Below, in pieces: positions 1 to 8,299 of a stretch of DNA of 64,000 nt. This DNA comes from Treponemataceae bacterium (GTDB lineage: Bacteria; Spirochaetota; Spirochaetia; Treponematales; Rectinemataceae). The notes under the pieces were generated by a model, which saw only the letters and a list, made by a program, of their open reading frames with translations, searched no databases and was not told where the DNA came from. Made by a program: the position numbers and the translations under genes. Within the stretch, counting starts at the first letter, position 1. The number at the start of each line of letters is the position of its first letter. The stretch covers positions 1,120,001-1,184,000 of the forward strand of contig CAXXHO010000003.1 of NCBI GenBank assembly GCA_963667725.2, written 5' to 3'.

Positions 1-1226
1 TTCTGGCCTTTCTCTTGGTATCGTGCGAACCGTCGCGAAACGCCAGGAATATTGTCCGAAACGACCTATTTTCCATAAGCTATGGCATTTCGGAAAACCA
101 GATCGACATCTCTTCAGGCGGCGAAAGCGGCATCGACCTGACCATGAGAGAAGGAATATTCCACCTTCTCGACGGAACGGGCGGAAAAGTCTTGAAACTT
201 TCATCCTACGGGGATCTTCTCGCTCTGCTGTACGACCCTTCGAGGTCGCCGGAGCCCAGGATCGTCAAACCCATCGAAATATTGGAAAATGAAGCCCAAA
301 ATAACGTCATCGACGCCCCGGGGCGCTATGCCGCGCCGATCAAGTTCGAAGCGCCGGGAAAAATCGCCGTGGACGCCAACCAGACGATCTATATAGCCGA
401 CAGGGTAGCGAATAGTACGGATCGCATTTTCGACACGCAGATCGATTCGTATTGCGACAGGATAGTCAGAAGGTTTGGGGCGCAGGGATCTGAATTACCT
501 TATATTGGGCAAGAAGGTCCTGGAGGATCTCCTTTTCCCTATATCATGAGAGTCGACGTCCTTGGAAACGGTACGGTGGCGGTTGTATCGGCCTCGGAAA
601 CAGTTGTGCTCGTTCATCACTTCGCGAAAGCGGGCAACCTGCTTTCCAGCCTTAGGCTGAATAGATCTTCGCTGCCGGTACCGGACGGCATGGCCGAATC
701 CGCGGGAGAGAATGAGGGAGTCAGGATACATGCCAACCTGGATGGGATTCTTGAAGTAGCGAATGGCGAATCCTTCGAAGTCGCCCTGAAGATAGATTAT
801 TACAGGGAATATTTCGACCCGGACAGCTTGATCATATCCAGCAACGAGTTCGCGGGATCATGGATCTTCGTACTGAACGGCTCCACGGGGAAAGCCATGA
901 ACAGCTTGGCAATCGTACCCGGAAACCCCGATACGGCCATTCCCGAACTCATCGGGGAACACTCGGGACTCTTCTATCTTCTTTCAGACCGCGCCTCAAT
1001 CGGAAATGAACAAGCCAGGCAGAGCGGGACAGGCGCGGGCAAAGAAGGCTCTAGCGCTGCCAGGATGCTTCAGCTCGTCGATATGCAGGGAAAAGTCCAG
1101 CAGCGCTACCGGCTCGACGTGCCGGTGGATGCGGCAGAAATAATGGTTCTGAAGGTTTCGGACTCGGGACAGGTCTATGCCCTTCTAAAGTCGGACATGG
1201 CCGTCCGCGTCGCGTGGTGGGAATAA
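1..1226 (+). CDS. Probable spirochete lipoprotein with beta-propeller/NHL-like repeats (5' truncated by window edge)
   Basis: Frame is open from position 3 and reads LAFLLVSC, a lipobox-like end of a signal peptide; 'PGKIAVDANQTIYIAD' resembles an NHL repeat. Confidence 0.6.
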   Translation, partial: LAFLLVSCEPSRNARNIVRNDLFSISYGISENQIDISSGGESGIDLTMREGIFHLLDGTGGKVLKLSSYGDLLALLYDPSRSPEPRIVKPIEILENEAQNNVIDAPGRYAAPIKFEAPGKIAVDANQTIYIADRVANSTDRIFDTQIDSYCDRIVRRFGAQGSELPYIGQEGPGGSPFPYIMRVDVLGNGTVAVVSASETVVLVHHFAKAGNLLSSLRLNRSSLPVPDGMAESAGENEGVRIHANLDGILEVANGESFEVALKIDYYREYFDPDSLIISSNEFAGSWIFVLNGSTGKAMNSLAIVPGNPDTAIPELIGEHSGLFYLLSDRASIGNEQARQSGTGAGKEGSSAARMLQLVDMQGKVQQRYRLDVPVDAAEIMVLKVSDSGQVYALLKSDMAVRVAWWE

Positions 1227-1264
1227 TAGATGATAAAGCCCGTTCACAAGGAGCCGAGATCACG

Positions 1265-2887
1265 ATGAAATACAGGATTCAGCAGCTGAAGATGCATCTG
1301 GATCATGACGACAAAGCCATCGAGAAGGCTGTCTGCGCCATCCTGGGAACCAGGATGGATGAAATCGTCTCGTGGGGCATTGTCAGGAAGTCTTTTGACG
1401 CCAGGGAAAAATCCTCCATCAGAGTCATCTATTCAGTGGATGTCGAATCGAAAAAAACCTTGAGCCAAAACCACGTCGGGAAAGATATTCTCCCCCTGGG
1501 CATCGAGGAACGATACAGATTCCCTATCGACCAAACCGGAAAAGAAACCGCGAAGCGTCGCGTGGCAGTAGTGGGCGGCGGGCCCGCGGGCCTTTTTTGC
1601 GCGCTGCTCCTTGCCGAAAACGGCTTCAAGCCTATCGTCCTCGAGCGCGGGGAAGATGTCGAATCGCGGATGCGTTCGGTCGATCTTTTCTGGAAATCGG
1701 GCATTCTGGACCCTGATTCCAACATGCAGTTTGGCGAGGGAGGAGCGGGAACCTTTTCCGACGGGAAGCTCAATACCTCGGTAGGCGACCAGCTCCACCG
1801 CAACCGGAAAGTGATCGAGGAGTTCCTGGAAGCCGGGGCGCCCCCGGAAATAGCCTTCATCAACAAACCTCATATCGGAACGGACTACCTCGTCGGTGTC
1901 GTAAAAAACATAAGGAAGAAAATCGAAAGCCTCGGCGGGGAGGTCCGATTCCGCTCCAAGGCAACCTCCTTCGAGATCAGGGACGGGAAAATAAGGGCCG
2001 TCTGGGTGAACGGCACGGAAAAGATCGAAGCTTCGACCGTCGTTCTGGCCATCGGGCACAGCGCCAGGGACACCTTCGAGGAACTGTCGCGCGGCGTCGT
2101 GCGCATGGAACAGAAACCCTTCGCCATAGGCCTCAGGATCGAACATCCGCAGGCATTGATCCAGAAGGCGCAGTTCGGAGCTTCCTGGAAAAATCCCCGA
2201 CTTCCGACGGCAGACTACAAGCTCACCTATCAGACGACCAAAGGACGAGGCGTCTACAGCTTCTGCATGTGTCCCGGCGGTTTTGTCGTGAATTCAAGTT
2301 CTGAAAAAGGCATGGTCGTATGCAATGGCATGAGCAATTTCGCCCGGAACGAGAAAAACGCCAACTCCGCCATAGTAGCCGCCGTCAGGACCGAGGACTT
2401 CGGAAACGATAGCCTGCTTGCCGGCATGGAATTCCAGAGAACCTGGGAAAAAGCCGCCTATGCCGCAGCGAATCCGAAAGAGGGCGGCTTTGCCATGCCC
2501 GTGCAGACGCTGAGGGACTTCATCGCGGGGAAATGCACCGCAGGCTTCGGAAGCGTCACGCCCTGCTCGAAAGGCTCCACGAGTTTCGCCGATCTCAATG
2601 CCTGCCTTCCCGGCTTCGTGACCGAATCGATCAAGGAAAGCGTGGGGGCATTCGACAGGAAAATCAAAGGATTCGCCCATCCTGACGCCATCCTGACCGG
2701 CGTGGAGACGAGGACTTCTTCACCCCTAAGAATATTGAGGGACGAAAGGATGCAGAGCAGCGTGTCGGGACTGTTTCCCTGCGGCGAGGGCTGCGGCTAT
2801 GCCGGCGGCATAATGTCGGCGGCCATGGACGGAATCAAGGTGGCGGAAGCCATAGCCGCCGCGATAGCCGGAGGAGGCGCATCATGA
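1265..2887 (+). CDS. Uncharacterised FAD-dependent oxidoreductase (COG2509-like)
   Basis: VAVVGGGPAG dinucleotide-binding motif, FGEGGAGTFSDGKL, FCMCPGG, ETRTSSP, GEGCGYAGGIMSAA; ATG at 1265 chosen over the upstream start. Confidence 0.85.
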   Translation: MKYRIQQLKMHLDHDDKAIEKAVCAILGTRMDEIVSWGIVRKSFDAREKSSIRVIYSVDVESKKTLSQNHVGKDILPLGIEERYRFPIDQTGKETAKRRVAVVGGGPAGLFCALLLAENGFKPIVLERGEDVESRMRSVDLFWKSGILDPDSNMQFGEGGAGTFSDGKLNTSVGDQLHRNRKVIEEFLEAGAPPEIAFINKPHIGTDYLVGVVKNIRKKIESLGGEVRFRSKATSFEIRDGKIRAVWVNGTEKIEASTVVLAIGHSARDTFEELSRGVVRMEQKPFAIGLRIEHPQALIQKAQFGASWKNPRLPTADYKLTYQTTKGRGVYSFCMCPGGFVVNSSSEKGMVVCNGMSNFARNEKNANSAIVAAVRTEDFGNDSLLAGMEFQRTWEKAAYAAANPKEGGFAMPVQTLRDFIAGKCTAGFGSVTPCSKGSTSFADLNACLPGFVTESIKESVGAFDRKIKGFAHPDAILTGVETRTSSPLRILRDERMQSSVSGLFPCGEGCGYAGGIMSAAMDGIKVAEAIAAAIAGGGAS

Positions 2888-4503
2888 AAACGCTGGTTAC
2901 CTGCGAAGAGTCAGGCGCCCTGGACTCGACAACCAAGGCCATACTAGCCTTGAGCTCCCTCCAGCTTATGGAAAAGGCCTCGCTCAGGATATGGGACAAG
3001 CTGGCTGCCATCATCGCCGCGAGACCCGAATTGCGGGGAAAAGGCAAAAATATCCGCATTGTCGCTCTCTGCGGCAAAGGCGACAACGGAGGAGACGCAC
3101 TCGCCATCCTTCGTCACGCCTTTTCGGCTGGATACAGGAATCTTGAAGCCCTGGTCTCGGACAGGGAGTTGAGCGAAAGCGCGAAAAAACAATGGGAAAG
3201 CGTCATAGCCTCGGGAATGACAGCGACTCGGTGGATCGAGCCTGAGAATTCCGGAAAGAACCTGGGTTTAGAGCCTGACCCTCTGTTATCCCAAGCTGAC
3301 ATAGTCATCGACGGCATACTGGGAACGGGCCTCAAGGGTCCCGCATCCGGCGAAGCCAAAGCGATGATTGAAAGGCTGAACACGCTCAAGGAAGGCGGGG
3401 CGGCGGCCCTTGTCGTCTCGGTGGATCTACCTTCGGGACTGGGCGATGGCTGGCATAAGGAGCATCCCTGCGTGATCGCCGATATCACCCTTGGCCTGGA
3501 ACCGGTAAAGGCTGTCTGTTACCTTCCGGGTAGCCGGCTGTCATGCGGCGATCTCGTCGCCGTTTCCGATGTTTTTCCTGAAAACCTTATTCAGGAGCAC
3601 GGCGACACGACCCTCATCGAAGACCAGGATCTCGGCCTATTCATCCCGAGAATTGAGAATGACGGCTACAAGATGAGCAGGGGACGGCTCGCCGTATTCG
3701 CGGGATCCATCGGGGCCATTGGCGCGGCCCAACTCTGCGCCAAGGCGGCGCTCGCCTCAGGCGCCGGGTATGTGACGCTCTATGTCGACGAAGCGGTCTA
3801 CCCCGTCATCGCGCCGACTCTGGAGTCCGTCGTCGTCAAACCTCTGTCCGAAAAAATGGACATGGAAAAGTGCGACTCCATCCTCGCTGGACCGGGATGG
3901 GGACAGCAAGAGGATAGGCTGAAGACGCTCAAACTTCTCCTCGGATTGGATATCCCTCTCATTCTCGACGCCGACGCCATCCGCATCCTCGCGTCGCATA
4001 CCGAACTCCTCAGCGACGCGAAAGCGCCCTGTATTGTAACCCCCCATTCTGGCGAGTACGCAGGCTTGGCGGAATCGCTCCATGTGTCGCCTGAGATGGC
4101 TGTCTGGGCAAGCATGAGGAAAGTCTGCGAAGGCCTCGGCATGATAACTGTCATGAAGAGCCACACCACCTGGATACTCTCGCCAAGACGGAAGACGGCC
4201 GTCTATGAAGGACTGACACCGGAATTGGGCACTGCCGGAACTGGCGACGTGCTCGCCGGCATTCTCGTTGGCATCGCGGCAGGAAAAATAGCGCAGATGA
4301 AACGTTCGGGAAAAGGCGAAAGTCGCGACAGAGAGACTGTCTGGAAAGCGCTTGAGGATTCGGCTTCCTGCGCCGTCATTGCCCACGGCCGCGCTGGGAA
4401 GAGGCTAGCGCAGCGCCGAGGCTGGTTCGAGTCATCGGATCTCGTGACGGAGTGTTCTCTCGTCCTTCATGAAGAAGCGGAAAGAGCGCGCGCGCGCCCT
4501 TGA
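2884..4503 (+). CDS. nnr: Bifunctional NAD(P)H-hydrate epimerase/dehydratase
   Basis: YjeF-N motifs CGKGDNGGD, DGILGTG, SVDLPSG; YjeF-C motifs GPGWG, LDADA, TPH, GTAGTGDVLAG; ATGA overlap with upstream gene. Confidence 0.9.
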   Translation: MKTLVTCEESGALDSTTKAILALSSLQLMEKASLRIWDKLAAIIAARPELRGKGKNIRIVALCGKGDNGGDALAILRHAFSAGYRNLEALVSDRELSESAKKQWESVIASGMTATRWIEPENSGKNLGLEPDPLLSQADIVIDGILGTGLKGPASGEAKAMIERLNTLKEGGAAALVVSVDLPSGLGDGWHKEHPCVIADITLGLEPVKAVCYLPGSRLSCGDLVAVSDVFPENLIQEHGDTTLIEDQDLGLFIPRIENDGYKMSRGRLAVFAGSIGAIGAAQLCAKAALASGAGYVTLYVDEAVYPVIAPTLESVVVKPLSEKMDMEKCDSILAGPGWGQQEDRLKTLKLLLGLDIPLILDADAIRILASHTELLSDAKAPCIVTPHSGEYAGLAESLHVSPEMAVWASMRKVCEGLGMITVMKSHTTWILSPRRKTAVYEGLTPELGTAGTGDVLAGILVGIAAGKIAQMKRSGKGESRDRETVWKALEDSASCAVIAHGRAGKRLAQRRGWFESSDLVTECSLVLHEEAERARARP

Positions 4504-4552
4504 CCGCATATGCTTATACTCGTTAGGGTAGGGACCACCGGACGGCGAAATC

Positions 4553-4978
4553 ATGATACAGTTCTACTTTTTATCGGTAATCCTTAATATACTTTGCGGC
4601 TATGCGCTCGCATCGAAACATTCGGAGTCATCGACCTCCTCTCCAATCCTGCAGGGTGCGCGCCTCGTGATCGCCGATAAGGGACTGCGCCTCTCGCTCG
4701 CCGTGCTATCGCTGGCCACCGGCGTCCTGAAGCTTTTATTCGCGCTACGCGGCGACATTCCCATAATCGGCGATTTTTTGCCGGCCACCGCTGGGATTAT
4801 CGTGGGAGCGGCCCTCTTGCTGGAACTTTCCGATGATGCCCATCTGCCCTTCATGCATAGAGGAACCATTGGTGCCCAGATAGAAAAAGTTCTTGTTTCA
4901 TATAAGGTCCCGATAGGGTATGCTGGAATTATCGCGGGGATTGTTCATTTCCTGTTCCCGATGGTGCTCTTCCTCTGA
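4553..4978 (+). CDS. Small integral membrane protein (about 4 TM segments), unknown function
   Basis: 141-aa hydrophobic ORF filling the gap between nnr and the NUDIX gene. Confidence 0.75.
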   Translation: MIQFYFLSVILNILCGYALASKHSESSTSSPILQGARLVIADKGLRLSLAVLSLATGVLKLLFALRGDIPIIGDFLPATAGIIVGAALLLELSDDAHLPFMHRGTIGAQIEKVLVSYKVPIGYAGIIAGIVHFLFPMVLFL

Positions 4979-5003
4979 TCACCGAACCAAAGGAGACTAC
5001 CTG

Positions 5004-5387
5004 GTGAAGCGCTCTATAGCCGGAATCGCCGTACGTAATGACAGAATTCTCGTCGCGAAGCGTGTGGAAGGCGGACCGATCGGTCTTCGATGGGAATTTC
5101 CCGGTGGAAAAGTCGAAGAAGGCGAAACCGACGAAAATGCCCTTAAGCGGGAATTCGATGAAGAATTGGGCATCGACGTCGTGCCATTGCGCATCTTAGG
5201 AACGAGCAGCTTTCTCAGCGCTTCGGGATCAAGGGAATTGGCCGCCTGGCTTGTGGAAATACCTCAGGAAAGCGTTCTGGTGCTGAGAGAACACAGCGAT
5301 ATCGCCTGGCTTAGGCTCGATGAACTGGCCGCCCTCGATCTGGCTGACAGCGATAGAAGCCTTCTGCCTTTCATCACTCTTCCTTGA
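5004..5387 (+). CDS. MutT-like NUDIX hydrolase
   Basis: WEFPGGKVEEGETDENALKREFDEELGI Nudix box; AGGAG at 4991-4995 precedes GTG at 5004. Confidence 0.88.
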   Translation: MKRSIAGIAVRNDRILVAKRVEGGPIGLRWEFPGGKVEEGETDENALKREFDEELGIDVVPLRILGTSSFLSASGSRELAAWLVEIPQESVLVLREHSDIAWLRLDELAALDLADSDRSLLPFITLP

Positions 5388-5607
5388 CGGGATCAAAGAG
5401 GGTGAATTCCGGTTTGGCGTTCTCCTCCGGTGAGCTTATGAGCATCTCGACCCTTCCCTGAATCTTATCCAGCTCTTTTTTTAGGCCCTTGGACAGCTTT
5501 ATGCCTTCCTCGAATACTTTTATGGCTTCTTCGAGGGGAAGATCCTGATCCTTTATCTTTTCCGCCAGTTCTTCCAGCCTTTCCAGGCGGGATTCGAAAT
5601 CTTTCAC
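5374..5607 (-). CDS. xseB: Exodeoxyribonuclease VII small subunit
   Basis: FESRLERLEE...LPLEEAIKVFEEGIKL pattern; directly downstream of xseA. Confidence 0.92.
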   Translation of the reverse strand: MKDFESRLERLEELAEKIKDQDLPLEEAIKVFEEGIKLSKGLKKELDKIQGRVEMLISSPEENAKPEFTLFDPVKEE

Positions 5608-6908
5608 GGCTTTACCTCCCTGACCTCTACGCGGGCCTTGCCCGACGAAAAAACAATCTGAAGCGATTCATCCTTATGAAGTTGCGCGGCGGCTCGAACG
5701 ATCGCGCCCGAACCGAGCGGCGAATCCTGATTCAAGCCCTCCGTCGCCGGCGCGGCCTGGCGCACGATGGAGTAGCCGCGCCTGAGGACGGCCATAGGAC
5801 TCGCCAGCTCCATGCTCGTGTCGCAAAGGGCGACGCGATGCCCTCTGTCGCGCAGAAGCAAGGTCATGCCGGCGCCCAGATCGTCCCCTGCGTCGTCGAG
5901 ACGACGGGCGACGGGCATGAAGATGCGCATGAAACGCGCCTCCACGTCTTCGGGAGCGAAGGTGGAGAGGGCCATGCGCGCGTAGTCGATGCGCGAGCGC
6001 GCTGCCGATTCGAGGGCGCCGCCGAACTGGGCTACCTCCCGCTGCAGGATTTCCCGGCTCTCGGCCACCAGTTCGGCGGCTGCCGACGGAGTAGGCGCGC
6101 GCACATCGGCGGCGAAGTCGCTCAAGGCCCAGTCTATTTCATGGCCGACGGCGCTGATTACGGGAATTGTCGAGGCGGCTATGGCGCGGACCACGAGCTC
6201 GTCCGAAAACGCGAGGAGATCCTCAGGCGACCCGCCCCCGCGGCCCACGATGAGCACATCGGCCAGCATCAGCCTGTTCGCCTGCCTTATGCGTGCCGCT
6301 ATGATGCCGGCCGCTTCCTCCCCCTGCACGGGGGCGGGCAGGAGCAGTATATCGATGCCAGCGTTCCTCCTGCCCAGGACATTGAGGATGTCGCGGAAAG
6401 CGGCGCCCGTGGGGCTCGTGACGACGGCCACGCTGGAAGGGAACCTTGGCAGGGCTTTTTTCCTGTCCTGGTCGAAGAGCCCTTCCGCGGCGAGGCGCCG
6501 TTTTCTCTCTTCTAGCATTGCCAGAATGTCGCCCACTCCCGATTTCCGCATCGACTGGACGATGAGCTGGTACTGTCCGCGCGCCGCGTAGACCGAAATC
6601 GAACCCCTCGCTATCACCTTCATCCCGTCGCCGAGTTCAAAATCCAAGTCGGCCAGGCGGAACTTGAACATGACAGCCTGAACCATTGCGTCCTTGTCCT
6701 TGAGCGAAAAGTAGAGGTGCCCGGAGGATGAGAGCTTCGATCCCGACACCTCGCCCTCCACGGATATCGATGAGAATGAGGTCTCGAGGCTGTTCTTTAT
6801 GAGGACGGTGAGGGCTCCGACGCTGAGGACGGATTTCCCTGAGCGGCCGGCAGGTTTCGCCTCATCTCCATCCGTAGCGGGGCCGATATCATCCCAAATC
6901 GACGTCAT
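5604..6908 (-). CDS. xseA: Exodeoxyribonuclease VII large subunit
   Basis: SGHLYFSLKD OB-fold, VVTSPTGAA, VGRGGGS.EDL, SAVGHEID, APTPSAAAE. Confidence 0.96.
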   Translation of the reverse strand: MTSIWDDIGPATDGDEAKPAGRSGKSVLSVGALTVLIKNSLETSFSSISVEGEVSGSKLSSSGHLYFSLKDKDAMVQAVMFKFRLADLDFELGDGMKVIARGSISVYAARGQYQLIVQSMRKSGVGDILAMLEERKRRLAAEGLFDQDRKKALPRFPSSVAVVTSPTGAAFRDILNVLGRRNAGIDILLLPAPVQGEEAAGIIAARIRQANRLMLADVLIVGRGGGSPEDLLAFSDELVVRAIAASTIPVISAVGHEIDWALSDFAADVRAPTPSAAAELVAESREILQREVAQFGGALESAARSRIDYARMALSTFAPEDVEARFMRIFMPVARRLDDAGDDLGAGMTLLLRDRGHRVALCDTSMELASPMAVLRRGYSIVRQAAPATEGLNQDSPLGSGAIVRAAAQLHKDESLQIVFSSGKARVEVREVKP

Positions 6909-6929
6909 GAATTGCCTTTCCCTTTCCGG

Positions 6930-8186
6930 CTAGCGCCGGAATATCGTCAGCCAGACAGTACCCGCGGCGATCGAAGCGACCGTCACCGGCAGGCCAACTT
7001 TGAGGTAGTCGAAAAAGCCTAGCTTGATGCCAGCCTTCTCGCCCTGATCCGCCACGATGAGGTTCGCGACGGAACCCAGGAGCGTAAGGTTCCCGGCATA
7101 GGTGCTGGCCATGGCGAGCATCAGCCACGCTGTGCCCGAATTCTCGAATCCGCGCGCCACGGGAGAAAGGAGCATCACCGCGGGCACGTTGGAAACGACG
7201 TTGGAGGCGAAGGCGATCGCGAGCGCGAAGGCGGCTCCGGGCTTGCTCAGGTATGGCAGGACCCAGCGCATGAATCCATCGAAGAGAGGCGTGCCAGCCA
7301 CCGCGTTCGTAAGGATGAAGAGGCCGGAGAAAAAGACGAGGAGGCTGAAGTCCACCTCCGCGAAGACTTTCTCCGGATGTATCCGCCGGGAGATCATGAG
7401 GAAGCCCGCCGAGGCCAGGGCCGCCACGCTCGTCCGCGCGCCGAAAGCCAGGAGAGCGAGGAGGATGGCCGCGGCGACGAGGCTCTTGATCATCAGTCTT
7501 TTATCGACACTGTCGTGTTTCGACGAGGAGCTGGCCCGTAGCTCGCCAGCCGGCAGCATCGAGGAAGTCTCGGCCGAAAACTCCTTCCTGAACACGAGAA
7601 TAGTCGCCAGGTAGCAGAAGCCCATCGCGAGAAGGGAAGGCGGGGCGAGCCACGCGGCGAACTCAAAAAAGGGAATTCCCGATTGGGCGGCGATGAGCAT
7701 GTTCTGGGGGTTGCCGATGGCGGTGGCGCAGGATCCGGCGTTCGCCGCCGTGGCGAGGCCTATGAGGTACGGCTTCCCGTCCCGTCCGGATCTCCTCGCG
7801 ACTTCGGCCACGAGGGGAGTGAGCATGATGCAGATCGTGTCGTTGAGGAAGAGGGCGGAAAGCAGTCCCGAAGCCAGGACGACGATGGCGAGGAATACTC
7901 TGGGCGATTTGGCGAGGGAAAGGATCTTCGCCCCGGCGAGATAGAAAAAGCCCGAAATTCTCAGGTTCGCCACGAGTATCATCATCGCGAGGAGGAGGGT
8001 TATCGTTTCGACGTCTATCGCCTTGAAAGCGGATTCAGCCGTTATTCCCCCCGCCAGGATAAGGAGAATCGCGGCGCAGAGCGCTATGCTCGCCCTGTTC
8101 ATCGCGAGACGGGGCAGCCTCCCCGCGGCTATGCCCGCGAAGGCTATGACGATGAGAATATAGGCGATGACTGGATAGGAAACCAT
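6930..8186 (-). CDS. ArsB/NhaD (YbiR-like) anion transporter
   Basis: Multi-TM; SALFLNDT, ANAGSCATAIGNPQN, SNVVSNVPA, AGNLTLLGSVANLIV. Confidence 0.85.
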   Translation of the reverse strand: MVSYPVIAYILIVIAFAGIAAGRLPRLAMNRASIALCAAILLILAGGITAESAFKAIDVETITLLLAMMILVANLRISGFFYLAGAKILSLAKSPRVFLAIVVLASGLLSALFLNDTICIMLTPLVAEVARRSGRDGKPYLIGLATAANAGSCATAIGNPQNMLIAAQSGIPFFEFAAWLAPPSLLAMGFCYLATILVFRKEFSAETSSMLPAGELRASSSSKHDSVDKRLMIKSLVAAAILLALLAFGARTSVAALASAGFLMISRRIHPEKVFAEVDFSLLVFFSGLFILTNAVAGTPLFDGFMRWVLPYLSKPGAAFALAIAFASNVVSNVPAVMLLSPVARGFENSGTAWLMLAMASTYAGNLTLLGSVANLIVADQGEKAGIKLGFFDYLKVGLPVTVASIAAGTVWLTIFRR

Positions 8187-8299
8187 GATGGTCGAAGTAT
8201 AGCACGGGAAATGCGGGCGCATAAACCTGAGGGGAGGCTAGGGAAGCCCCTATTCGCGCTCCTGTGGCAAAGATCGGACGTTTCGTGTATCATTGCCGA

